Below, piece by piece: positions 28,434-38,657 of a stretch of DNA of 64,000 bases. The notes under the pieces are model-generated. The model saw nothing but the letters and a program-made list of their open reading frames with translations. It was not told the origin of the DNA and did no database searches. The stretch's first letter is position 1. Each line of letters opens with the position of its first letter. A program made the translations under genes and the position numbers. The stretch is from a virus: IMG/VR virus record IMGVR_UViG_3300031951_000017, positions 32,001-96,000 of that record; one strand, 5' to 3'.

Positions 28434-30849
28434 TTATTGCAGTAATACTCCAATTAGGCCTTACTTTAACTATTTCACAACTTTTTATATTTTCTTCTAG
28501 ATATTTTGTTTCAGATTCTGTTAAATAATCAGAAAAAATTCTACCTGTTTTTTGAAACTCTTCTAACATTTGTAAGGTCGTAGTTTTTTTAGGGTCTCCC
28601 CAATTACACCAAGCTTTTTCAGGCATCAGGGCTTCAATACTAGTATGTAAATCTTCCATCACAAATATACCTCCACTTTTAATTGATTTAAATAAAGTTG
28701 CTAAAGTTATTTGTTGGTCGTACATCCTATGACTCCCGTCATCTAGTATTACATCAATGTCAGTATTTTCTTCTGAAAACTTTATTAGTTCTTCTTTTTT
28801 AGACTGGTCCAAAAGTTTTATACTAATCCTTTCAAAGTTATTAAATTGTCTAATTGATTCTGGGTTATTATCTAAACCCAAAATTTCAGAATTAACAAAG
28901 TAATCGGACCAAACTTTTAATGAATTCCCGTCTAAAACACCAATCTCTACAAATTTTTTAATTTGGTCTTTTATTGGTGAAAAAGTTTTTTCATAAATCT
29001 TACTAAAGTAGTCATGTTCGTGGTGTTTATCCGTGGGATAAATTTCCGCTAATTGTGTTAACATAAATTTTGATGTATCTATTTTTATATTGAATTTATT
29101 TCGATAAATAACGTCGATAGTTCTGTATGGGGTATTACCATATGAGAATGCATGGAATATAAATTTATTCTCATTGTAATCTCTAGAATTTAAATCACCA
29201 TTAGGGATGATTTTAAATTTAGTTCTATCGTCTAATCTTTCGCGTACATATTTTAAACAGGTTTGGTCATGCCAAAGTGCGTTTTTATAATGTGGATATT
29301 CTTCACAAACATCCCACCAATCACGCATAAATTTTTTAACAAAATCTGAATTTTTAACTAAGAATACTCCAGCATTAACGATTGAGGGTCCAAAATCTTC
29401 GGTCATCAATACCTCAAAATTACCATGAATAAATTCCTCAATACGTCGATAATTGTTACAGAAAATCGCATCAATATCTAAAAATAAAACATAATCTAAA
29501 TTAGGATTTTTTTCTAACATTTCTAAAACTAGTTTAGGTTTATACCAAGTTGCGGCACGTCCCTCTAGTTTAGTTCTTATTTTTTCAGTATTTTTTTCTA
29601 CAAAATAATAATAATGATTTTCTTCACAATATTTCTCATTAATAGCTTCAGTATACCTACCATATAATACGTTATCAGTATAAAATTGACAAACACCAAT
29701 TTTTAAATTGGTGTCTGCACATATTGTCGTACTTTGTTTTTTAGGGGTTTTATCTAAGACTAACCATTTTTTACCTTTAAAATCAAACATCTCACTTATT
29801 TCGTTAAGGTCTATCCCATCGACTTCGGTAGTTTCTAAATTTAAATTATTAAAATTATTTTGAACCTCCCCGTCAAATTGGACAATTAACCTACCACCTT
29901 CCTGAACTGAATTAATGTACTCATCAATTAATTTGGGGTTAGTGTTTTTAAAAATGTCAACATTTGGAATAACTAATGTGTGAATAGAGTTTTTCCCAAA
30001 AGGACAAAATCCTCTGAAATCATAACTACTCCTCACTTGTCTTCCATAGAACTCCCAATTGTATTTATCTTTATTGTAGGCGTACCACATAGCGGTATAT
30101 TCCCCATCACCATACCAAGTTTTTACAGGGGTGTGATTCCAAAAATTAACATCCGAGTCAATAATTACTTTTCGCTTCATCGGAATATTTTGGTAATAGT
30201 AGTCCAATACATCCTCAACAAAATATTGTCTTTTACCATTCGTATAATGAATAGTAAAAAATTTTTCACCTAGAATATATTGAGTACAAAGTAAATTTGT
30301 CGTTTTAACAACAAAATCTCCATTGTTAATGAATTCAAACAAAGCTTTATCTTCTATAGTTTGGTTTGTTAAATTTTCATGATTCACTAACCCACTACAT
30401 ACTCTTTTTGATAAGAATAGACCAGCACCACCACCTGAATTATTACGTAATACATCAGCATTACCTAATTCTTCTAAAACATTATCTAAAACATAATGAT
30501 TCACATAAGACCCATCGTCAATTCTAAAAATATAATCAAATTCCTCATTTTTCAACACCCATCCTATTGCTTCTTTTAATCTTTCAAACATAAATGATTT
30601 AGTCTGCCCTTGGATTGGTGGATTATGGTCGTAAGTCTCAGGTGAAACACAATGTAATATCTTGTCTACTGGGTTGTATGTAAGTTTATCATTACCTCCA
30701 TCAAAAAAAATAACTTTGTGACCTAATGACTCAACTTTAGGTACCCATGTCTCTAAACAAGACATTTTTCTTGTTAATGAAGCGTCAGATATTTTAATAT
30801 GATTACCATCATATTTTTTACTAGTAAATGCTAAAAAAACTATTTTCAT
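28420..30849 (-). CDS. Fusion: GT31-like + GT34-like glycosyltransferases + SAM-dependent sugar O-methyltransferase
   Basis: ETW..YIFRIDDGSYV..GGGAGLFLS (GT31-like); WYKP..FLDIDA..NAGVFLVKN..HDQ (GT34-like); TDK.H.Y..EIGVLDG..DDGSH..GGIFVMEDL (methyltransferase). Confidence 0.75.
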   Translation of the reverse strand: MKIVFLAFTSKKYDGNHIKISDASLTRKMSCLETWVPKVESLGHKVIFFDGGNDKLTYNPVDKILHCVSPETYDHNPPIQGQTKSFMFERLKEAIGWVLKNEEFDYIFRIDDGSYVNHYVLDNVLEELGNADVLRNNSGGGAGLFLSKRVCSGLVNHENLTNQTIEDKALFEFINNGDFVVKTTNLLCTQYILGEKFFTIHYTNGKRQYFVEDVLDYYYQNIPMKRKVIIDSDVNFWNHTPVKTWYGDGEYTAMWYAYNKDKYNWEFYGRQVRSSYDFRGFCPFGKNSIHTLVIPNVDIFKNTNPKLIDEYINSVQEGGRLIVQFDGEVQNNFNNLNLETTEVDGIDLNEISEMFDFKGKKWLVLDKTPKKQSTTICADTNLKIGVCQFYTDNVLYGRYTEAINEKYCEENHYYYFVEKNTEKIRTKLEGRAATWYKPKLVLEMLEKNPNLDYVLFLDIDAIFCNNYRRIEEFIHGNFEVLMTEDFGPSIVNAGVFLVKNSDFVKKFMRDWWDVCEEYPHYKNALWHDQTCLKYVRERLDDRTKFKIIPNGDLNSRDYNENKFIFHAFSYGNTPYRTIDVIYRNKFNIKIDTSKFMLTQLAEIYPTDKHHEHDYFSKIYEKTFSPIKDQIKKFVEIGVLDGNSLKVWSDYFVNSEILGLDNNPESIRQFNNFERISIKLLDQSKKEELIKFSEENTDIDVILDDGSHRMYDQQITLATLFKSIKSGGIFVMEDLHTSIEALMPEKAWCNWGDPKKTTTLQMLEEFQKTGRIFSDYLTESETKYLEENIKSCEIVKVRPNWSITAIIVKK

Positions 30850-30854
30850 AAAAA

Positions 30855-32105
30855 TTATAAATTCCCAGTGATTCGGTTACACCATCCTTTAGATTTAGAG
30901 TAAGGCCAAACAACCCAATATTTTGGTTGTTCTGCAGTTTGGAAGTCTCTCCACAATTTACAATACCCGTCAGGGTCACGCATTAGGTTATTAATTTCAT
31001 TAATGTCTGCGTCTTTTCTGTATAAAGTATTATCTTTTTCATCGTGGAAAGCAACAACCCAAAATTCATAATCTTTTTCAGGTACCTGTGAAAACCCTAA
31101 ATCAATACAATGTTTGAAAATTCTTGCAAAACTATCTTCCCATTCCTGTTCAGTACTAAACGTATTTGGATTTGGTGGATATTTTTTATCTAGTGTCCAT
31201 TGTTGAACAGCTCGTTTACCAAAATGTAATCCTGCATATTTTTCATAGTCTCTTAAAGTTCTTTCAGTACCAAAACCAAAAACACCAAATTCTTCAGGAT
31301 TATATTTTTCACCATCCATCGAGAATAATTTACGATTTTTTAAATGGCACTTGTTATTTCTTTCTACCCACTTTTTATCGTCGTCCCATTGTTTTGTTCT
31401 ACCTTTACGGGTATACTCATGCCAAATAACAACTTTATGAGGGTGAAATAAATCATATCCGTGTGTATATGCTCTTGCCGCAATTGAAATTTCTTCTCCG
31501 TGAAAATAGTATTCAGGGTCGTGTTGAACTTCTTTTGAGAACTGTCCTACTGTAAAACAAAAATGTGCGGAATAAAATCTCGCAGGGATTGGCTCGGTCA
31601 TTTTTTTCCATCCAGGGATTGTCTCGGGTAAAAAGAAAACCGCACCTTCAGGAATAAATCTATCAAAAGCCATTCTCCAAGGCTCTTTAATTCTTGCGGC
31701 AGGGTCATTATCAGGGTCAAAAGACGATACATAACCCGTTAATAAAGGTTTCTTATGTCCTTTCTCTTGGAGTTGTGTAATCATTCCAATTAAGGTCTCG
31801 TCCCAGTCCTTATCAAATCTCATATGAGAATCAACCTGAAGAGTATATTCTTCATTCTTATAGACTTGTTGTATAAGATTTCTAGCCCAACAAGCACCTT
31901 GTGATTCGTTATAAGGGATATCAATAATTCTAAAACGTTTATCTTTTTTATATTTTGTAAGGTCATCAAATCCATCATTTGGGTTGAATTGTCTAGCAAT
32001 ACCAAATCTTAAATTTTTTGGATTTTTTGCATTTTCAATGGCTGACTCTATGGTTGGGATTAATTGTGGGTCTCTATAAGACGCAATTTGGATAAAAATT
32101 TTCAT
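30855..32105 (-). CDS. GT60-like polypeptide/hydroxyproline alpha-GlcNAc transferase
   Basis: IFIQIASYRDP, GACWAR, LQVDSHMRF..WD (DxH), FYSAHF.F, DP..YFHGEEI..AARAYTHGYD..HP....WH.Y. Confidence 0.8.
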   Translation of the reverse strand: MKIFIQIASYRDPQLIPTIESAIENAKNPKNLRFGIARQFNPNDGFDDLTKYKKDKRFRIIDIPYNESQGACWARNLIQQVYKNEEYTLQVDSHMRFDKDWDETLIGMITQLQEKGHKKPLLTGYVSSFDPDNDPAARIKEPWRMAFDRFIPEGAVFFLPETIPGWKKMTEPIPARFYSAHFCFTVGQFSKEVQHDPEYYFHGEEISIAARAYTHGYDLFHPHKVVIWHEYTRKGRTKQWDDDKKWVERNNKCHLKNRKLFSMDGEKYNPEEFGVFGFGTERTLRDYEKYAGLHFGKRAVQQWTLDKKYPPNPNTFSTEQEWEDSFARIFKHCIDLGFSQVPEKDYEFWVVAFHDEKDNTLYRKDADINEINNLMRDPDGYCKLWRDFQTAEQPKYWVVWPYSKSKGWCNRITGNL

Positions 32106-32149
32106 AAAATTATTCTTTTATGAATAAAATTAAAAACTAATTGTTAAAA

Positions 32150-32650
32150 TTAAAGACATTTTGGACATTCTTCTGAAATTGTTCCACTCACAATTTGATA
32201 CTGATTTTCAGTCACTAAGAATGTGGAATAACCTGGTAAATTTTGATTTAAAACTGATTCTATATACATACAACAACCATCTATTGTAAGTATCATTGGT
32301 GGGGTTATTTCTTGGTAAGTTATAAAATTAAAGTAATACCCTCCACTACTATTATTTAAGAAATTTTCACACAATTGTGGGTCACAGACCTCACAACTCT
32401 TTGCTACGGTAAAATAGTTGAATGTTGGTGGCTCCGTTGTTGTTGTGGTTGTTTCAGGTATAATTAATTGACAATTTTGACCTTGGTTTATAAAGTACAA
32501 ATCGTAGGTTCCTTCGTAATTTTCAACGTCAAATGTGTAAGGAATTATATGCGAACCTAAATCAATAGAACCACCACTTAAAGGATAAAATGTAATGTTT
32601 GCAACATCTCCTGAAAAAATTTGACTCTTTAATGTTATAACTGTTCCCAT
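32150..32650 (-). CDS. Putative virion protein: shared N-terminal module, Thr run, Cys-rich domain
   Basis: FSGDVANITFYPLSGG module; PETTTTTTEPPT. Confidence 0.6.
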   Translation of the reverse strand: MGTVITLKSQIFSGDVANITFYPLSGGSIDLGSHIIPYTFDVENYEGTYDLYFINQGQNCQLIIPETTTTTTEPPTFNYFTVAKSCEVCDPQLCENFLNNSSGGYYFNFITYQEITPPMILTIDGCCMYIESVLNQNLPGYSTFLVTENQYQIVSGTISEECPKCL

Positions 32651-32663
32651 TTTACTTTATAAA

Positions 32664-33983
32664 TTATTTACTAATTATTACACCTGTTGCAATATAATTA
32701 GACCCATCTCTTATTGTTATATTCCCACTATCCAAAACTTGAGGGGACCTACTAGCGGTTTCATCGTATATCAATATTCCATCCTCGTCTAATTGTGACG
32801 TGACACTTTCACCTGTGACCATATTTACTATAATTCTAACCACATCTTTATCCGTAACCATAAATGAACCACTACGACTAACATTCGTATTAACAACTTC
32901 TAACCCATTTTTTAATATTCTATAAGTATTTAACTCGGAACCTCCAGCGTCGTCAAATGACCAATTAAAATTATCTGTGGGTGGTAATGTTTCCATTGTT
33001 GCCGTAGGTGTAGGAGTTAATTCAGGTAATGTTGATGATGGTGTCAAAGTTGGAGTTTCTGTTAAGGTAGGCGTATTGGTAGGTGTTAAAGTTGGTGTAC
33101 TAGTTGGAGTTTCAGTTAAAGTAGGTGTGTTTGTTGGCGTCTCCGTTAATGTTGGTGTGTTAGTAGGTGTACTAGTTGGGGTTTCAGTTAAAGTAGGGGT
33201 ATTTGTTGGAGTATTAGTAGGTGTACTAGTTGGGGTTAGTGTGGGGGTCTCAGTTAATGTCTGAGTCAAAGTAGGTGTATTGGTTGGAGTTGAGGAATTT
33301 GTTAAAGTTAGTGTAGGTGTCGGTGGTGGGGTAAAGATGGTGTCGGCAGTAAAATTAAAACCTATCTCAATATTCTGAGGTGAGAATTGTAAATTTGTAA
33401 ATTCTGAAGTATCATTTAAATTATAATAATCGTAATCGACTACAATAAGTGTACTTCCTGATAAATCGCCAGCTTGTATTGTAACTCCCGAACTAATAAT
33501 TAGACTATCACCAGATAATGTGCCTAACACATGTTGGAATGATACTGATAAATCAAAATCTAGTGGTTCAGTTGTTACTAGGGTATATTCGGCATTTACA
33601 GACCCAGGGCTAATAGTTGAGGTAAAGATTACTTCAGTATTCTGAGGTACAAAATTTAAGTCATAACTTATATCGCAAATATTAAGTATTGTTGTGGTAG
33701 TTGTAGTAATTGGTTCAAAAGTAGTTGTGGTTGTTACAGGAATAAAAGTGGTTGTTGTAGTTGTTGATGGTAAGACATTAATAATACAGGTTTTATAAAA
33801 TCTAATATAGTAAAAAGTATATTTACCATAAACCGATAAATTAGGTTCAATATCGTCACCATAAAAGGTAAAGGGGACTACTTGTTCACCCAAATCATAA
33901 ACAGACCCGTTTAAAGACTCAAACGTAACTTGTGCAGTTTGTCCACTATAGTTTGTATCGAAAAATTCAACGTATTGTGACAT
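32664..33983 (-). CDS. Mucin-like Thr/Pro-rich putative virion protein
   Basis: Three poly-Thr runs, a beta domain, about 110 aa of TPT(L/N/S)/TETP repeats, C-terminal beta domain. Confidence 0.7.
   Translation of the reverse strand: MSQYVEFFDTNYSGQTAQVTFESLNGSVYDLGEQVVPFTFYGDDIEPNLSVYGKYTFYYIRFYKTCIINVLPSTTTTTTFIPVTTTTTFEPITTTTTTILNICDISYDLNFVPQNTEVIFTSTISPGSVNAEYTLVTTEPLDFDLSVSFQHVLGTLSGDSLIISSGVTIQAGDLSGSTLIVVDYDYYNLNDTSEFTNLQFSPQNIEIGFNFTADTIFTPPPTPTLTLTNSSTPTNTPTLTQTLTETPTLTPTSTPTNTPTNTPTLTETPTSTPTNTPTLTETPTNTPTLTETPTSTPTLTPTNTPTLTETPTLTPSSTLPELTPTPTATMETLPPTDNFNWSFDDAGGSELNTYRILKNGLEVVNTNVSRSGSFMVTDKDVVRIIVNMVTGESVTSQLDEDGILIYDETASRSPQVLDSGNITIRDGSNYIATGVIISK
32984..33332 (-). repeat. 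Coding low-complexity repeat (TPTLTETPTNTPTS)
   Basis: Degenerate 12/18-bp periodic DNA encoding Thr/Pro repeats. Confidence 0.85.
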
Positions 33984-33985
33984 AG

Positions 33986-34855
33986 TTAAAAATTATTTTC
34001 TGTGGCCAAACAAATTTCACCATTCATTTTTATTAATCTCTCCATATCTGTAAATGAGATATAGGCATTACCTTGTAATCCCCATCCCCTTCCCCAACTA
34101 TTCTTTATTCTAAATAGTCTTTTTCTAGTATCAATTCCATTAATAACATAGGCGTGTCCACCAACAATAGGTCCTCCAATACGAATATTACCATTTCTAT
34201 CAGGATAAAACATATTTCTATACCAATATGTCCCAGCAACTACGGGCCCAACATTTAATACGGTGTTAATTAGTGTGTTAATGTCAAATGCCCAATAGTA
34301 GTTTTTAATTCGGTTTGTTTGTTGTAAATACTTGGCACCAGCCCTAACAGATGTACCATCATAATTTTCTCCAGGCCACTCGTCAATCTTTTGAGACTCC
34401 TTATAAATTAATGTTGGGTGTACAATAGGTGGAGTACCTCCGTGTTTTACGGGACCATCCTCAATCCAATGTGCCCAAGAATATCCAACACATTGTGGTG
34501 TAATTCCTTGGTTTCCCCACCATTCATTTTGTTCCCAGTACCTAGATATGATTGGACTCTTATTAATTGTTATTTTATCTTTAATTAAGTAATTCTTATC
34601 TCTATTATCAATTGATATTCCCCTACCTAAACCAAACACTAACTCTGTAAGTCCTGATGGTGAAACAAAAACCTCACAACTTTGACTTTGAGCTGTAAAA
34701 TTAAGGTTATATGTTCCTTCGTAGTAATCCGTAACATAAACATAGGGGATTATTTGTGAACCAATATCAATACTACCACCCGTTAATGGGTAGAATGTGA
34801 TATTAGCAACATCACCTGAAAAATTATCACTTTTTAAAATTACTACTGACGGCAT
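33986..34855 (-). CDS. Papain-like (C1) cysteine peptidase with the shared N-terminal module
   Basis: NQGITPQCVGYS (Gln/Cys), GGHA (His), KNSWGRGWG (Asn). Confidence 0.85.
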   Translation of the reverse strand: MPSVVILKSDNFSGDVANITFYPLTGGSIDIGSQIIPYVYVTDYYEGTYNLNFTAQSQSCEVFVSPSGLTELVFGLGRGISIDNRDKNYLIKDKITINKSPIISRYWEQNEWWGNQGITPQCVGYSWAHWIEDGPVKHGGTPPIVHPTLIYKESQKIDEWPGENYDGTSVRAGAKYLQQTNRIKNYYWAFDINTLINTVLNVGPVVAGTYWYRNMFYPDRNGNIRIGGPIVGGHAYVINGIDTRKRLFRIKNSWGRGWGLQGNAYISFTDMERLIKMNGEICLATENNF

Positions 34856-34882
34856 TTAAAAATAAATATCCAAATAAATGAT

Positions 34883-35512
34883 TTATACCCTTTGGAAATA
34901 CTTATATATTCTTTGACTTAATCTAATTCTTGGGTCATTTTCATTTCTACCTAGGGTTTTGTAGGGGAGGATAAACCCAAAACTTAAAAACACTCTTCGT
35001 GATTTAAATTCATTAGTCCAATGTTTGTAAAGAGATGCTTCAAAACAATATAAATCGGTTTCAGATATATTAAGTACGTCTTCTCCGATGAAAATTTGAT
35101 AGTCTTCGGATAAGACACTAATATTACATTTATAATTAATATATCCGTCTATTGATGCATCATAATGGGGGGTTATCTTACCACCTGAGTCCATATCAAC
35201 AACTTGTAAAAATATATTGTCTGCTGGGATTTCTAAAGTTTCAGATAATCTGCCAATAATGGACTCAATAAAATCAGGAACTTTAATTTTTAAAACCTGA
35301 CTGACAGACTGAAAGTTTGTGATATAGTTTGTGTAACTATTATTTGAAATATCTATAATAGTAGATTTACCATTTAAATCTTTTGTGATTTCAGATAAGT
35401 GGTGATTTGGATTACCTTTATCCGATTCTAATGAATTTACCCATTCTAAAATTTTTATAACTTCTTCTTTAGTTATAAAATTTCGTATCACCTTATGATT
35501 TTCAATCCCCAT
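34883..35512 (-). CDS. 2OG-Fe(II) dioxygenase, prolyl-hydroxylase-like
   Basis: IRNFITKEE N-terminus; GGKITPHYD (HxD), YKHW (His), RRVFLS (Arg). Confidence 0.7.
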   Translation of the reverse strand: MGIENHKVIRNFITKEEVIKILEWVNSLESDKGNPNHHLSEITKDLNGKSTIIDISNNSYTNYITNFQSVSQVLKIKVPDFIESIIGRLSETLEIPADNIFLQVVDMDSGGKITPHYDASIDGYINYKCNISVLSEDYQIFIGEDVLNISETDLYCFEASLYKHWTNEFKSRRVFLSFGFILPYKTLGRNENDPRIRLSQRIYKYFQRV

Positions 35513-35736
35513 TTGTTAAGAAATTCTTTTGGTCCAATTTCTAACTCCATTATAGATAAATTTTTTTTATTGTAAATCTTCATCATTTGTTCTTCAGACC
35601 CAGCCATTGTACAATACCAATGAGTCGCGGGTTCTTCTCCTGTTGGTGAACAAGGTATTTTCATTACATTTTTATTTATCCAAGCTTCTCTAACTTGTTC
35701 TACCTTATCGTTGTCTGTTAAAATGTTAATTCTCAT
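35488..35736 (-). CDS. Hypothetical protein
   Basis: 82-aa ORF in the operon. Confidence 0.55.
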   Translation of the reverse strand: MRINILTDNDKVEQVREAWINKNVMKIPCSPTGEEPATHWYCTMAGSEEQMMKIYNKKNLSIMELEIGPKEFLNKWGLKIIR

Positions 35737-35765
35737 AATATTATTTAATTGTTTTAAATTAATTA

Positions 35766-36416
35766 TTAGTCCTTTATGATTATTTCAATTGGTGTGTAAA
35801 ATAATGAATCTAAAGCATTAGTTAAATCAGTCACTCCTTTATTACTTAACACAATAAAACTATCAGGATTATTAATATTCCCTAATGAAACAAAAGAAAT
35901 TATAAATTCGTCAATAGATTCTATATATTTTGATTGTGTGTTTACAATTGTATTATTTCTTGGGAATGTGTCTACAGATATTGGGTTAGTCCCCCCAGTA
36001 TAGTAGCTTCCAGGAGAAACCTTCCCCCAATTAATTTCAAATCCCAAACTATTTTCTAACACTGAAACACAAAGATTACCTGACGAAGTAATTTCTGAGT
36101 AATCTCCCCAATAACTTGGGGTCTCCCCCGTGGCAATAAATACACATCCAGTTTGATTTATTACACCACTTTGAACATAGGCAATATTACTAAAATCGTC
36201 ATTTGAAACATAGTCTGTAATTGTATAAGTTTCACCTATGATAAATTTTCCATATAACTGACTTGTGTCATTTGCAACTAAAATAGGTGTTTGAGTTAGT
36301 AATGCTCTATAAGTTCTATTATTTGTAATCCCTGTTACAGTTATATTACCATTAATTGTAAGGTCACCAACTATAGTCTGACCTGATAAATTATCTATTA
36401 TGTATTTTGTTGCCAT
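35766..36416 (-). CDS. Putative tail-fibre-associated protein
   Basis: GDLTINGNITVTG, YRALLTQ; follows the beta-helix fibre gene. Confidence 0.5.
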   Translation of the reverse strand: MATKYIIDNLSGQTIVGDLTINGNITVTGITNNRTYRALLTQTPILVANDTSQLYGKFIIGETYTITDYVSNDDFSNIAYVQSGVINQTGCVFIATGETPSYWGDYSEITSSGNLCVSVLENSLGFEINWGKVSPGSYYTGGTNPISVDTFPRNNTIVNTQSKYIESIDEFIISFVSLGNINNPDSFIVLSNKGVTDLTNALDSLFYTPIEIIIKD

Positions 36417-36418
36417 TT

Positions 36419-38620
36419 TTATTCTGTTATGTTTGTTATATTTAGGACATCATTTGAGTCGTAGTATGATAATCTTTGTCCGCCACCTGCCCTTGTAAAG
36501 ATTTCGCAATTATAAAATCCGTAGACGTGAGTTGATTCTGAAAAATCAATAGATATTACACTATTACATATTCTATTCATTTGGAAATAATCTACAACAA
36601 TGTTATTAGTAAAATTATCTCCAATAGTATTATCATAAAAATATTCTCCGATGTTATTATCATAGAAATTATTACCAATCACATTTCCTCTATATGAACC
36701 TCCGCCAAAACCAAAACCATCTAGAACTTCGTTACTATAAAAATTAGTACCTATTGTGTTATATGAAAATGAACCATAACAATTATTAAATTCAAAATAA
36801 TCTCCGATATTGTTACTGATTGTTTGTCCACTCATATTATTCACGAAGAAACTATAACCAACATTATTATAACCAAATTCGGCAAATGTTTGGTTTGCTT
36901 TAAAATTTGTTTTAATATGATTACTCCAAAAATCCCCCTGAATGTTATTACCCTTGAATTCATTCATAATTTGATTGTTTTCAAAGGTAAGATTTAAATT
37001 GTCTGAATCTCCGATTGTGTTACCTTCAAACCCATTTAATATTGAGTTTTTATATATGTTTGAATATATATTATTATTATAAAAATCATTTAAAATATTG
37101 TTACTTTGGAAGTTATATCTAATTGTATTAGTTGCACAATCACTTCCAATACTATTCCCTACAAAATTGTATGACCCTATATTTGTACTAATACCAATCG
37201 TATTACCCCCAAAAACTTGACCGATATTATTTTCATAAAATTGGTTATATACAGTATTATTATTATAACCATTACCAATCAAATTACGATAATAGTTTGA
37301 ATAGCTTTTATTGTTGTTATAACCATTGCCGATGTCGTTATTATAAAAGTCATTATAGATTTTATTATTTGCAAATTGGTTACCTATTTCATTATTTTGA
37401 AAATCTCCATTAGTCCAAGTGTTATCTTCAAAGTTATTCCCAATATTGTTTCTATAAAAAGAACCACCAATTAAGACATTATAGTTAAAATCACTACCAA
37501 TTCTGTTATTATTAAAATTCGCAGTTATATAATTATTATTGAAGTTTTCCCCGATGATGTTTCCATCAAAATCATCATTTGTTGAGTTGTTATAAAAACT
37601 ATCACCTATTTGATTATTGTCACAATCGTCATTAAATGTGTTATTATATGACCTATTTCCTATTGTGTTGTTTGTGAATGAACCACTAATAAAAACGTTG
37701 TTTGCTAAAAGAAAATCTCCTGAGCCAAGCTCAATATATATATTTGAGTGGTTACCAATATAATTGTTAACTGCGGTTGTCTCATTAAATGTAGTATATT
37801 CGAAAACCTCATTCACCCTTATATTAGGTTGATAGTAACTCATAACACCATCATCATAGGCCGTGTAATATGATGAATTACTAGTCTCATTTATTGTAAC
37901 ACCTGAAATAGTTGCCAAAGAATTACTATTAACTAATATGACTTCAAAAATTCGAGGGTTTAGATTACCTATCGCAACAAACGAACCTGTTGAAAAATTT
38001 GAACTAAATGTTGTTCCTGTATTACCGTATAATACTCCTGTGTTCCCTGTTATACCACTTATTCCAACGAGTCCACTAAGTGGTTCAGATTCATAATACG
38101 AATATCCAATATACCTTTTAAATAATATATTTCTGTGGTCATAATCAGTTCTATTACTAAAATTATCAATTCTTTCAGTGATTCTACCTTTCGCGGGACT
38201 ATTGCTAATTTCAGTTATGTTCCAAGAAATGTCGTATGTTATTTTATCTTTAGGGTGTAGTGTTGAGTGTACTGTCGGTGAGAATCCTGTTATTGAAGTT
38301 GCTAATAATAAAATTGGTTCGGTGTCACCTGTCATATAGTTATCCGAAAATATAGGACTACGAAGATTATCGTAGTTTGGTTGGTCATAACAAGTTTGGA
38401 AATCTGTCATTAAGTAAAATTGACCAGGTGTTAACGTCCCTCCGGTGTATAAAGAATACAACTCATTATAAGTGATTTCAGTGTAAGTTGTTATACCAGA
38501 AAATAAACTTTCTTTTGTTATTTTATATGTTTCAGTTTGAGCTGAATTATTTAATATAAGCCAAGTATTATCTGTTGACCCTGTAAATTCTGGTAATTGC
38601 GAAATTTTTATATTAGCCAT
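36419..38620 (-). CDS. Tail fibre/spike with Asn-rich parallel beta-helix
   Basis: N-terminal KISQLP; many NxIGNxFxxN repeats. Confidence 0.7.
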   Translation of the reverse strand: MANIKISQLPEFTGSTDNTWLILNNSAQTETYKITKESLFSGITTYTEITYNELYSLYTGGTLTPGQFYLMTDFQTCYDQPNYDNLRSPIFSDNYMTGDTEPILLLATSITGFSPTVHSTLHPKDKITYDISWNITEISNSPAKGRITERIDNFSNRTDYDHRNILFKRYIGYSYYESEPLSGLVGISGITGNTGVLYGNTGTTFSSNFSTGSFVAIGNLNPRIFEVILVNSNSLATISGVTINETSNSSYYTAYDDGVMSYYQPNIRVNEVFEYTTFNETTAVNNYIGNHSNIYIELGSGDFLLANNVFISGSFTNNTIGNRSYNNTFNDDCDNNQIGDSFYNNSTNDDFDGNIIGENFNNNYITANFNNNRIGSDFNYNVLIGGSFYRNNIGNNFEDNTWTNGDFQNNEIGNQFANNKIYNDFYNNDIGNGYNNNKSYSNYYRNLIGNGYNNNTVYNQFYENNIGQVFGGNTIGISTNIGSYNFVGNSIGSDCATNTIRYNFQSNNILNDFYNNNIYSNIYKNSILNGFEGNTIGDSDNLNLTFENNQIMNEFKGNNIQGDFWSNHIKTNFKANQTFAEFGYNNVGYSFFVNNMSGQTISNNIGDYFEFNNCYGSFSYNTIGTNFYSNEVLDGFGFGGGSYRGNVIGNNFYDNNIGEYFYDNTIGDNFTNNIVVDYFQMNRICNSVISIDFSESTHVYGFYNCEIFTRAGGGQRLSYYDSNDVLNITNITE

Positions 38621-38657
38621 TTTTAATTTTATCTATAAATACTTTTATTTTTTTCAT

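Noticed and set aside
22421-32105. Eukaryotic giant virus origin suggested by PolB and eukaryote-like glycosyltransferases
   Set aside because: Sheath, tube, baseplate and bacterial-type promoters identify a tailed bacteriophage.
32977-33264. 95-aa plus-strand ORF of VGV/VKVG repeats
   Set aside because: It is the antisense shadow of the TPT repeat in 32664-33983 and has no independent support.
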